A stretch of 64,000 nucleotides of DNA from Deferribacterales bacterium (GTDB taxonomy: Bacteria; Chrysiogenota; Deferribacteres; Deferribacterales; Geovibrionaceae): the NCBI GenBank assembly GCA_050251875.1, contig JBFWMA010000003.1, positions 160,001 to 224,000 of the forward strand, in the 5' to 3' direction. The position numbers and the translations under genes were made by a program. Below, piece by piece: positions 50,864 to 59,961 of this stretch (the first letter of the stretch is position 1; every line of letters starts with the position of its first letter). The notes under the pieces are model-generated. The model did no database searches, was not told the origin of the DNA, and was given only the letters and a program-made list of their open reading frames with translations.

Positions 50864-52143
50864 CAACATTCAAACAGGTAAAAAGCCTGAAAGGCACAGT
50901 CCGTGTGCCTTCAGATAAATCTATCAGCCACAGGTCGTTCATGTTTCTGTCTATGGCAAAGGGCAGAGGCAGGATCATAGACCCCCTGCTCTCCGCCGAT
51001 ACTAAAGCCACAATGGCGGCTATGCAGTCGGTGGGTGTGCAGTTCGAGGAGACAGTGGACGGATTCGTGGTGACATCCGAAGGGTATAAAAACTTCAGAG
51101 AGCCCGACAACGTTATCGACTGTATGAACTCCGGAACCACAGCCAGACTGCTTTCCGGCGTGTTTGCCCCTTCCGGTAAATACGTTGTTCTGACAGGAGA
51201 CGCCTCCCTGCGCAAGCGCCCCATGGACAGGGTTATTCAGCCTCTGTCTGCCATGGGTGTTCAGTTCGCCGCCAGAAACAACGGAAGCCTGCTTCCCATG
51301 ACTATACTGCCGTCCAAGACCCATCCGGCGGATATCATCGCCACAGCCAAAAGCGCCCAGGTAAAGAGCGCCGTTCTGCTGGCGGGCATCCAGACCGATG
51401 GCGTAACCACCTATACAGAAAAAGCCGTCACCAGAAACCACACGGAGATAATGCTCTCCGCTCTGGGGGCTAATATAAAGACAGAAGGGCTGAAGATAAC
51501 CGTGGAAGGAGCCGCCGATCTGCGCTCCATGGACATAGTCGTTCCCGGTGATTTCTCTTCCGCCGCCTTCTTTCTGGGCGCGGCGCTCATGTTCGAAAAC
51601 TCCGAGCTGATGCTGGAAAACGTGGGGCTGAACCCCACCAGAAGCGGAATGCTCACCGTTCTGGAGAATATGGGCGTTAAATATGCTCTGGAGAACGAGA
51701 GAGGCGGAGCTGAAAAGCTGGGCGATATCATCATCAGCTCACAGCCTTTCAAAGGATGCGAAATAGAGGGCGATATCATCGCCAACATCATAGACGAACT
51801 TCCCATGATAGCCACGCTGGGGCTTTTCGCCGACAGTCCTGTTACTATCAGAAACGCTAAGGAACTGAGGGTTAAGGAGAGCGACCGCATTATGGCGACT
51901 CTGCACAACCTGAACGCTCTGGGGGCTGAGACAGAGGAGTTCGAGGACGGGATGAAGATTTATCCCATCAAAAAGGTGAACAGCAAGGCGGAGCTGAAAT
52001 CTTTTGACGATCACAGAATCGCCATGATAGCCATCATGCTGGCAAAACGTTTCGGCGGCGATATCAGCGTGGACAACGTGCACTGCGTGGATGTATCATT
52101 TCCTACATTCATGGAGACATTCTCCGCTCTGGAGGCGAAATGA
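50860..52143 (+). CDS. aroA: EPSP synthase
   Basis: DKSISHR, NSGTT, KSAQVKSA, RNHTE, RVKESDR, DDHR. Confidence 0.97.
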   Translation: MTTFKQVKSLKGTVRVPSDKSISHRSFMFLSMAKGRGRIIDPLLSADTKATMAAMQSVGVQFEETVDGFVVTSEGYKNFREPDNVIDCMNSGTTARLLSGVFAPSGKYVVLTGDASLRKRPMDRVIQPLSAMGVQFAARNNGSLLPMTILPSKTHPADIIATAKSAQVKSAVLLAGIQTDGVTTYTEKAVTRNHTEIMLSALGANIKTEGLKITVEGAADLRSMDIVVPGDFSSAAFFLGAALMFENSELMLENVGLNPTRSGMLTVLENMGVKYALENERGGAEKLGDIIISSQPFKGCEIEGDIIANIIDELPMIATLGLFADSPVTIRNAKELRVKESDRIMATLHNLNALGAETEEFEDGMKIYPIKKVNSKAELKSFDDHRIAMIAIMLAKRFGGDISVDNVHCVDVSFPTFMETFSALEAK

Positions 52144-52787
52144 TAATAGCGGTAGACGGTCCTGCCGGAAGCGGCAAAAGCACCGTAAGCAAGGTTGTGG
52201 CGAAAAATCTGGGGATAACATATCTGGATTCAGGAGCTCTCTACAGAGCCTGCGCATACATTGGCATCACGCATAATCTGACCGGAGACGCCCTGTGCGA
52301 CAAGGTATCCCACGCCGTGATGGAGTTCGATACAGCAGGCAATCTCTTTCTGACGCTGGACGGCAGAACAGACGACATATCGAAGGTGATAAGAACACCC
52401 GAGATAGCGGCGAACGTCAGCGCCGTGGCTGCTATGGAGAAGATCAGAGCTCAGGTGAACGAGAAGCTGAGATATATGGCATCGAAGACATCAGTCATTA
52501 TGGACGGACGGGACATAGGCACGTTTGTTTTTCCGGACGCCGATTATAAATTTTTTCTGGTGGCGTCACCCCGTGAGAGAGCCCGCCGCAGACTGAAAGA
52601 TTATGAGGCGATGGGACTGACAAAAACCATCGAAGAGATAGAGCAGGAAATAATCAAAAGAGACAAACTGGACTCCGAACGTGAGCACGCTCCGCTGAAA
52701 AAGGCTGAAAATGCCGAAGAAATCGACACTACTGACTTGACAATAGAGGAAGTTATATCAATAATAACCGCAAGAGTTAGCGCATAA
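52140..52787 (+). CDS. cmk: Cytidylate kinase
   Basis: DGPAGSGKST, DSGALYRA, DGRDIGT. Confidence 0.96.
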   Translation: MIIAVDGPAGSGKSTVSKVVAKNLGITYLDSGALYRACAYIGITHNLTGDALCDKVSHAVMEFDTAGNLFLTLDGRTDDISKVIRTPEIAANVSAVAAMEKIRAQVNEKLRYMASKTSVIMDGRDIGTFVFPDADYKFFLVASPRERARRRLKDYEAMGLTKTIEEIEQEIIKRDKLDSEREHAPLKKAENAEEIDTTDLTIEEVISIITARVSA

Positions 52788-52804
52788 AAATTTTTGGAGC
52801 GCAG

Positions 52805-53653
52805 GTGGAAATTATTATAGCAGACCACGCCGGATTCTGTTTCGGGGTGGAAAGAGCCGTAGGTCTGGTCGATGAGACATCGAAAAATAACAAAGATGTC
52901 TATACTTTAGGTCCGATCATCCATAATCCGCAGATTGTAAAGAAATTCTCTGATCAGGGGGTTGAGGTTTGCGAAGACCCCGAATCTTTTAAAGCCACTG
53001 ACACTGTTGTGATACGTTCTCACGGTGTTCCAAAAAAAATTTACGGACAGCTTCAGGAAAAATCTGTTAATATAGTTGATGCTACCTGTCCTTTTGTAAA
53101 AAAGGCGCAGAGCTCGGCGCAAAAACTCGGCAAAAGCGGCGCGACAGTGACCGTTTTCGGGGAGAAGAATCACCCCGAGGTTAAAAGCATTGTCAGTTTT
53201 ATAGATTCTGAGTTTTTCGTTGTTTCTGACGAGGCGGATACGATGGAACTGCCGTTCAGAAACAGCTATGCTCTGGTGGCTCAGACCACACAGAACTCGG
53301 AATCATTTGACAAAATTGCCGAAATACTTAAAACTAAGTGTGAGACGCTCACCGTCACAAACACCATATGTAATGCCACCAGCCTGAGACAGGCGTCCGC
53401 CATCAATCTGGCGGGTCAGGTGGACGTTATGCTGATTATTGGCGGTAAGAACAGCGGAAACACCACAAGATTATATGAGATATGTAAAAGTATCTGCAAA
53501 GATACTTACCACATAGAAACAAAAGAGGAACTTGATACGGACATCTTTAAGACAAGCCGGAAGGTTGGCATTACAGCCGGCGCCAGTACCCCCGGCTATC
53601 TGGTAGACGAAGTAATAGAATTTTTAAAAGAGGTCGCTAATGAGCAGGATTAA
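52805..53653 (+). CDS. ispH: 4-hydroxy-3-methylbut-2-enyl diphosphate reductase
   Basis: GFCFGV, DATCPFV, HPEV, TICNAT..RQ, GITAGASTP. Confidence 0.96.
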   Translation: MEIIIADHAGFCFGVERAVGLVDETSKNNKDVYTLGPIIHNPQIVKKFSDQGVEVCEDPESFKATDTVVIRSHGVPKKIYGQLQEKSVNIVDATCPFVKKAQSSAQKLGKSGATVTVFGEKNHPEVKSIVSFIDSEFFVVSDEADTMELPFRNSYALVAQTTQNSESFDKIAEILKTKCETLTVTNTICNATSLRQASAINLAGQVDVMLIIGGKNSGNTTRLYEICKSICKDTYHIETKEELDTDIFKTSRKVGITAGASTPGYLVDEVIEFLKEVANEQD

Positions 53654-55331
53654 CGAAAACGGCGGAGACAACATGCGTATGGAAGATTTCGAGGCGATGC
53701 TGGAAGAATCTCTTCAGCAGCCCGAAAAGAACTCTGTCGTGAAAGGAACAGTCGCACAAATCAATGACAGTGATGTCCTTGTAAATATCGGCTACAAAAC
53801 AGAAGGTATCGTACCCGCAGCCGAGTTTATGAAAGACGGAGAGCTGTCTATAAAAGTCGGAGACGAGATTGAGGTTCTCTTTCTCGGGATTTCCGGCGGA
53901 GGCGGCTACCTGAAACTCTCCAGAAAGGCCATCGAAAAAGAGACCGACTGGATAGACGTTGACAACGCTCTTGAGAATAATACTCCCCTGATGGTGAAGA
54001 TCACTTCCGTCGTGGACAAAGGATTTCTCGGTAAATACGGCGAGATAGAGTGCTTCATCCCCGAAAACCACATAGATTTCAAAAACGCCTCCATGAAGCC
54101 TGAAGATTATGTCGGTCAGACTTTTGAGTGCAAGGTTCTGAAATCAAACAAAAAACAGAGATCATTCCTCGCTTCACGCAAGCTGCAGATGATTCAGTCT
54201 ATCGAAAAAGACAAAAAGAGCTTTTTCGATGGAATCAACGAAGGCGATGTGCTGACAGGCAAGGTAAAAACTATAAAACATTACGGCGCTTTCATGAACT
54301 TCGGCGCTGTGGACGGTTTCCTGCGCAAGAACAACATAGCCTGGGGCGTTGTGAAGCACCCCAACCAGTATCTGGAAGAGGGCGATGAGCTCTCTGTGAA
54401 AGTTCTCTCCATCGACCTTGAGAACGAAAAGCTGGAAGTCGGTCTGAAACAGATGTCTGAAGATCCCTGGGAAAAATCAGCAGAGAAATATCCCGTGGGT
54501 TCAGATGTGAAAGGTGTTGTGGTTGCCAGAAAGAACAAAGGCTTCGTAATGGAGATCGAGCAGGGCGTGGACGGATTCATCCCGCTGGAAGAGATTTCAT
54601 GGCTGAAAAACGCAAAAATAGCTATCGAGCCTAAGGACGCTGTTGTCGGCAGAGTTCTGGACGTGGACAACGAAAAGAAAAAGCTGATAATATCTCTGAA
54701 AGATCTTCAGGAGAACCCCTGGAACTCTCTGAAAACAAAACACCCCAAAGATTCCATCGTTACAGGAACTATCAAATCCATCACTGATTTCGGTATTTTT
54801 GTGGATTTCGGCGAGTTTCTGGACGGTCTTATCCGCAAAAAAGACATTTCATGGACAGAAGAGCCCGTTGATCTGAACACTCTCTACAAAGAGGGAGACA
54901 GCATCGAGGCGAAAGTCCTGAACATAGATTCTGAAAGAGAAAGAATCAGCCTCGGTATCAAACAGATGGAAACCAACCCCTGGAGAGAGGTGGGCAAGAT
55001 GCTCCCCAACGGAAAAGTTGTGGATGTTAAAGTTGTCGCCGTATCCAAAGAGGGTCTGGAAGTTGAGCTCCCCAGAGAGCTGAAAGGTTTCATCCCTGAC
55101 AACGAGCTGGATATGGACAGAGTTGACCCCACAGAAAAATTTGCCGTGGGCGACACAGTGAAAGCCGTGGTTCTGCGTAACGATGCCAGAGAGAAAAAGA
55201 TTCTGCTCTCCGTGCGCAAATTCATGCATGATTCAGAAAAACGTGAAGTGAAAGAATACATGAAAAAACTGGAGCAGTCAGACGACAGCAGCTTCAGTCT
55301 GGGCAACATACTGAAGGGCAAACTTCAGTAA
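53640..55331 (+). CDS. rpsA: 30S ribosomal protein S1
   Basis: Six S1 repeats; cmk-ispH-rpsA synteny. Confidence 0.95.
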   Translation: MSRINENGGDNMRMEDFEAMLEESLQQPEKNSVVKGTVAQINDSDVLVNIGYKTEGIVPAAEFMKDGELSIKVGDEIEVLFLGISGGGGYLKLSRKAIEKETDWIDVDNALENNTPLMVKITSVVDKGFLGKYGEIECFIPENHIDFKNASMKPEDYVGQTFECKVLKSNKKQRSFLASRKLQMIQSIEKDKKSFFDGINEGDVLTGKVKTIKHYGAFMNFGAVDGFLRKNNIAWGVVKHPNQYLEEGDELSVKVLSIDLENEKLEVGLKQMSEDPWEKSAEKYPVGSDVKGVVVARKNKGFVMEIEQGVDGFIPLEEISWLKNAKIAIEPKDAVVGRVLDVDNEKKKLIISLKDLQENPWNSLKTKHPKDSIVTGTIKSITDFGIFVDFGEFLDGLIRKKDISWTEEPVDLNTLYKEGDSIEAKVLNIDSERERISLGIKQMETNPWREVGKMLPNGKVVDVKVVAVSKEGLEVELPRELKGFIPDNELDMDRVDPTEKFAVGDTVKAVVLRNDAREKKILLSVRKFMHDSEKREVKEYMKKLEQSDDSSFSLGNILKGKLQ

Positions 55332-55419
55332 TCTTTCTCTCACAGTTTAATAAGCGATATACACGGCGGGGCAGATTCAGATATGGATTGACCCGCCGTA
55401 TCTGTTTACAGGGTGACAT

Positions 55420-56286
55420 ATGAAAAATCTTTTTCGTTTCTTCGGCAAGGCTTTTCTGTTTTTTCTCGCTTTCGCCATCGTTGTGCGGATAATCTCCGTC
55501 ATGGGCGGAATGGAAGATGATCTGGTGATGCAGGACAGCATCGCTGTGGTGCGTCTGGAAGGGATCATACTGAACACCAGAGATCTGGGAGATGAACTGA
55601 AAAAGCTGGATGAGAACGACCGCATAAAAGGCGTGATTCTGGAGATAAACTCCCCCGGAGGAGCCATCGCCCCCACAGAAGCTCTCTATCTGCGTCTTCA
55701 GAAGATGAAGAAACCGGTCTATGCCGTGATGGAATCACTGGCGGCGTCCGGAGGATATTACACCGCAGCCGGATGCGACAGGATATACGCCATGGACACC
55801 ACCACCACAGGAAGCATCGGCGTTATCATGGAGTTTTCCAACATTCAGGGGCTTCTGGATAAGATAGGCGTGAAGACTGTTGTGGTTAAGAGCGGAAAGA
55901 TGAAGGATGTTCCGTCTCCGACACGCCCGATGACTAAAGAGGAAGAAGAATATCTTCAGGGCAGCATCAACGACTTTTATGAGATGTTCATCAGGGATAT
56001 TCTGAAAAACAGACCGATAAAAGAGGAAAAACTCAGGGAAGTAGCTGACGGACGTGTTTTCAGCGGGCGTCAGGCGAAGGAACTGAAGCTGATAGACAAG
56101 ATAGGCACCAGAGAAGAAGCCGTTGAGGATATGAAAACAGACCTCGGCATGCCCGATCTGGATGTCCGTGAATATTATGAAGAGGAAAAAGGGCTGGTTC
56201 GCCAGCTTCTGAGTCAGGCGAAAAATTTTACATCAACCCACATGGCTGACGGTCAGATATATTACCTCTACAGACCGGGCTTATAG
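55420..56286 (+). CDS. sppA: Signal peptide peptidase SppA (36K type)
   Basis: INSPGG, AASGGYY, TGSIGV, DGRVFSG..A. Confidence 0.93.
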   Translation: MKNLFRFFGKAFLFFLAFAIVVRIISVMGGMEDDLVMQDSIAVVRLEGIILNTRDLGDELKKLDENDRIKGVILEINSPGGAIAPTEALYLRLQKMKKPVYAVMESLAASGGYYTAAGCDRIYAMDTTTTGSIGVIMEFSNIQGLLDKIGVKTVVVKSGKMKDVPSPTRPMTKEEEEYLQGSINDFYEMFIRDILKNRPIKEEKLREVADGRVFSGRQAKELKLIDKIGTREEAVEDMKTDLGMPDLDVREYYEEEKGLVRQLLSQAKNFTSTHMADGQIYYLYRPGL

Positions 56287-57171
56287 ATGGAACTGAGCCA
56301 GCTTAACGCTTTTGCCGTTACCGCCGAGCTGAAAAATATGACTAAGGCGGCAGACAGGCTGAATCTGAGCCTGTCCGCTCTGTCCACACAGATAAAATCT
56401 CTGGAGGCAGAGCTAGATATCCCTCTCTTTAACCGGATGGCGAGAGGTGTGGAGCTGACGCCTGAGGGCGCACAGCTTCTGGAATACGCTCTGACGGTGA
56501 TAGACGCCACAGAGAGCATGAAGCGCCACGCCATGCGCATGCAGAAAGAGCTTAAAGGCAGCATCACCATCGGCGTGAATACCGACCCGGTGTTTCTGCG
56601 CATCACGGATATTAACTCCGCCCTGCTCCACCGTCTGCCGGACGTTTCTCTGCGGTTTGCCATCAGCGAATCGGGCAAGACCGCGGAAATGCTGAAAAAA
56701 CGTGAGCTGGATATCGGCTTCGTTTACACCCGTCTGAACGACAGCGAGGTTCTCTCCGAAAAAATCATTCAGGTAAATATATGTATGGTTGTGTCAAAAG
56801 GTCTGCTGAAAGACCCTCAGAACACAAGCTGGGCGGATCTCTCCAGTCTGCCTATGGTCAGCGGTAGCAGCGACTGTCCGTTTCAGTGGGTGCTGAACAC
56901 CCAGTCCGAGGAATATAAACAGCCTTCTAAAACAGTGGTGGCCACTGACGAATATGTTATGATGGAGCTGGTGAAGAACGGTATGGGGCTCTGCATCATG
57001 CGTGAGGACAATGCCAGAAAGCTGGAACGTGAGGGGCATGTGGACGTTCTGGAGGATAAAACGATCTCTATTCCGCTGTGTCTGGCGGTGCTGAGATCCA
57101 GAAAGGAAGAACCGCTCATCAGCACGGCTCTGGAGGCGGTGTATTCTGTTTTTGAGGTGGCTGATGATTAA
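56287..57171 (+). CDS. LysR family transcriptional regulator
   Basis: N-terminal HTH (TKAADRLNLS.SALSTQIKSLE..L...LF.R). Confidence 0.93.
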   Translation: MELSQLNAFAVTAELKNMTKAADRLNLSLSALSTQIKSLEAELDIPLFNRMARGVELTPEGAQLLEYALTVIDATESMKRHAMRMQKELKGSITIGVNTDPVFLRITDINSALLHRLPDVSLRFAISESGKTAEMLKKRELDIGFVYTRLNDSEVLSEKIIQVNICMVVSKGLLKDPQNTSWADLSSLPMVSGSSDCPFQWVLNTQSEEYKQPSKTVVATDEYVMMELVKNGMGLCIMREDNARKLEREGHVDVLEDKTISIPLCLAVLRSRKEEPLISTALEAVYSVFEVADD

Positions 57172-57919
57172 ATATTTTCTGATAATACTTACCGCTCTGG
57201 TCTTTTTCGGATGCGCTCATCAGGGCGACACTGTGACGCAGATTTCCACCATAGACGCCCTTCTCGCCGGACACTATGACGGCGCGGAGACTCTGGACGA
57301 GATGAAGACTTACGGCGATTTCGGCATAGGCACTTTCGACAGACTGGAAGGCGAGATGATAGTTCTTAACGGCAGAGTGTATCAGGCGAAAGCGGACGGA
57401 AAGATATATGAACCGGAAAAAATGACGACTCCCTTTGCCTCCGTGTCATTTTTCAAAGCGGATAATACGGCGGATGTAACAGAGCCCGCTGACTATGCGG
57501 GGCTGATAAAGACGGCCGACAGTATGGCGCAGGACAAGAATATTTTCTGCGCTTTGAAGGCGGAAGGCGTTTTTTCTGTGATGAAGGTGCGCTCCGTTCC
57601 GGCACAGAACAAACCTTATCTGCCTCTGGCGGAGGTGGTTAAAACCCAGTCGGTGTATGAGTATCAGAACATCGAGGGGACTATAGTCGGCTACAGACTG
57701 CCGGAATATATCAAAGGGCTTAACGTGGGCGGGTACCACCTGCATTTCATAGACAAGGATAAGAAGGTCGGCGGGCATATTCTGGGCTTCACCATGATAA
57801 GAGGCAAAGTGTCCGTGGACGAGCAGAACAGGCTTTTTCTGATACTGCCGAAAGAGGGTCTGAAAGATCTGGATCTGACTAAGGACAGGGCTGAAGAGTT
57901 GGAAAGAGTGGAGAAGTAG
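57164..57919 (+). CDS. budA: Alpha-acetolactate decarboxylase with lipoprotein signal peptide
   Basis: QISTIDALLAG.YDG, GDFGIGTF..LEGEM, GYHLHF...GGH Zn site; N-terminus MIKYFLIILTALVFFGC. Confidence 0.9.
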   Translation: MIKYFLIILTALVFFGCAHQGDTVTQISTIDALLAGHYDGAETLDEMKTYGDFGIGTFDRLEGEMIVLNGRVYQAKADGKIYEPEKMTTPFASVSFFKADNTADVTEPADYAGLIKTADSMAQDKNIFCALKAEGVFSVMKVRSVPAQNKPYLPLAEVVKTQSVYEYQNIEGTIVGYRLPEYIKGLNVGGYHLHFIDKDKKVGGHILGFTMIRGKVSVDEQNRLFLILPKEGLKDLDLTKDRAEELERVEK

Positions 57920-57921
57920 TC

Positions 57922-58107
57922 ATGAAATATGTTGTGGTTATGGCTATGATGATGGCAGTTCTTTCGGGATGCACAAAACAGGCATGGTATGAGGGGATGA
58001 GAACCGGGCACGCAAACGAGTGCGGCAGACTGGAAGGCGAAGCCAGAGAAAAATGCCTGAAGAACAATGATATGTCTTATGAAAAATACGAAGAGCTGAG
58101 AAAATAA
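57922..58107 (+). CDS. Small lipoprotein of unknown function
   Basis: Lipobox LSGC; two further Cys; SD ggag; followed by a hairpin. Confidence 0.75.
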   Translation: MKYVVVMAMMMAVLSGCTKQAWYEGMRTGHANECGRLEGEAREKCLKNNDMSYEKYEELRK

Positions 58108-58118
58108 CTTTTGACAGT

Positions 58119-58157
58119 AAAAAGCCCTATAATCTTTTGATTAGATTATAGGGCTTT
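58119..58157. terminator. Long perfect hairpin, likely bidirectional terminator
   Basis: aaagccctataatct-tttgatt-agattatagggcttt (15-bp stem). Confidence 0.8.
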
Positions 58158-58440
58158 AGACGTTGGGTGGTGTCACCTCAAAACCCATTGGAATTTCTCC
58201 TTTCCCTAACCTCTCTTACAGATGCGTTTCATTGAACTTCTTCCGCTTATACAACTTCCGTCATAAATCTGAGGTTTCGGGGGTTCCATCTTTATTTTAA
58301 CTGCCTTTTCAGGTCAGCTATAAATGTAATATGTGTCCTTACGATTATTTCGCAATGGTTTTTTTGACCTCGAAAAATTTTTTTATGTCCAATTACATTC
58401 AAACAACATATAATCATATTGTATATTACAGGTGGTGATG

Positions 58441-59961
58441 ATGTTTTCAAAGGTTTTCAGCGCTCTGGTGAACGGTATAGACGCGGATATAGTCGAGGTG
58501 GAGACGGACATATCGTCCGTGGGACTGCCTTCGTTCAACATGGTGGGGCTCGCCGAAACCGCTGTGAAAGAGAGCCGGGACCGTGTAAAAGCCGCCATGA
58601 AAAATATCGGCATCAACATCTTCTCCCATCCCATAACAATCAACCTCGCCCCCGCCGACATCAAGAAGGAGGGGACGCATTTCGACCTGCCCATCGCTAT
58701 TGGTCTTGTGTGTTCCGGAGGCATGCTGAAGGAAGTGCCGTCTGACTGCCTTTTCGCCGGAGAGCTCTCTCTGGACGGAGGCTTAAGAGGCGTCACCGGG
58801 ATTCTGCCCATAGCCGCCGGAGCGAAAAAAGCGGGATTTACAAAGCTGATAGTGCCGTCGGACAACGCCGATGAGGCAGCAGTGATAGACGGTATAGATG
58901 TTTTCGGGTTTGATGATTTTTCATCCGTGCTGAAGTTCATCACAGACGGATGCGCCGGCTCAGCTCATGTGCTGGACCGAAATAAGATATTTAAGAATAA
59001 CGATATATACGGTGTGGATTTTTCCGATGTGAAGGGACAGTTCGCCGCCAGACGGTGCGCCGAGATAGCGGCGGCGGGCATGCACAATCTCTTCATGCTG
59101 GGCTCTCCCGGCAGTGGAAAGACCATGATAGCCAGACGGATACCGACAATCATGCCGGAGATGACTCTGGAAGAAGCAATAGAAACCACCAAGATACACT
59201 CTGTGGCGGGTCTGATCCGCTCCGGTAAAGATCTTGCGGGATCGAGACCCTTTCTGGCTCCGCACCACACGTCCAGCAACATAGCGCTGATAGGCGGGAC
59301 AGCTAAGGCGACACCGGGACAGGTGAGCATGGCGTCCAACGGAGTGCTGTTTTTGGATGAGTTTCTGGAATTCAACAGGAGTGTTCTGGAGACACTGCGC
59401 CAGCCTCTGGAAGACAGACATGTGACTATAGCCAGAGTAGGTAAGACAGTTACATACCCGGCTAATTTTATGCTGGTGGCGGCGGCTAACCCGTGCCCGT
59501 GCGGATATCTGGGGGACAAACAGCGTGAGTGCAAATGCACCGCTTCGCAGATACAGAAATACAGAGCCAGACTGTCCGGACCTCTGATGGACAGGATAGA
59601 TCTGCATGTGGAAGTGGCTTCGGTGGATATCTCCGAGCTGTCCGCCATGAATGACGGCGAATCCTCAGAGGCGGTCAGAGCCAGAGTGGTGATGGCGCAC
59701 GAGATTCAGAAGAAGAGATTTCACAGCTCAAAGACAGGATATAACAGCAGAATGACCGAAAAAGAGGTGAAAAAATTCTGTGTGCCTGACTCTGCCAGCC
59801 TGAAAATCTTGGAAACAGCCGCCAGAAAATATTCCATGAGCGCCAGAGCCTATACGAAAATATTAAAGACAGCCAGAACCATAGCTGACCTTGATTCATC
59901 GGAAGCCATCGGCGCCAAGCATATTCTGGAGGCGCTTCAGTACAGGCTGATTCAGGAATAA
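58441..59961 (+). CDS. comM: YifB/ComM Mg-chelatase-like AAA+ ATPase
   Basis: VKESRDRV, NLAPAD, GSPGSGKTM, PHHTSS, LFLDE, NPCPCG. Confidence 0.93.
   Translation: MFSKVFSALVNGIDADIVEVETDISSVGLPSFNMVGLAETAVKESRDRVKAAMKNIGINIFSHPITINLAPADIKKEGTHFDLPIAIGLVCSGGMLKEVPSDCLFAGELSLDGGLRGVTGILPIAAGAKKAGFTKLIVPSDNADEAAVIDGIDVFGFDDFSSVLKFITDGCAGSAHVLDRNKIFKNNDIYGVDFSDVKGQFAARRCAEIAAAGMHNLFMLGSPGSGKTMIARRIPTIMPEMTLEEAIETTKIHSVAGLIRSGKDLAGSRPFLAPHHTSSNIALIGGTAKATPGQVSMASNGVLFLDEFLEFNRSVLETLRQPLEDRHVTIARVGKTVTYPANFMLVAAANPCPCGYLGDKQRECKCTASQIQKYRARLSGPLMDRIDLHVEVASVDISELSAMNDGESSEAVRARVVMAHEIQKKRFHSSKTGYNSRMTEKEVKKFCVPDSASLKILETAARKYSMSARAYTKILKTARTIADLDSSEAIGAKHILEALQYRLIQE

Noticed and set aside
55358..55406. 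Hairpin between rpsA and sppA as an ncRNA
   Set aside because: Simple stem (acggcggg/cccgccgt) best explained as an mRNA-stabilising or weak terminator structure.
58111..58133. Perfect TTGACA and TATAAT as a plus-strand promoter
   Set aside because: The spacer is only 11 nt and TATAAT is part of the terminator stem.
58432..59961. Mobile element integrated in comM or rlmH (known hotspots)
   Set aside because: Both genes are intact; no integrase or att-like duplication seen.
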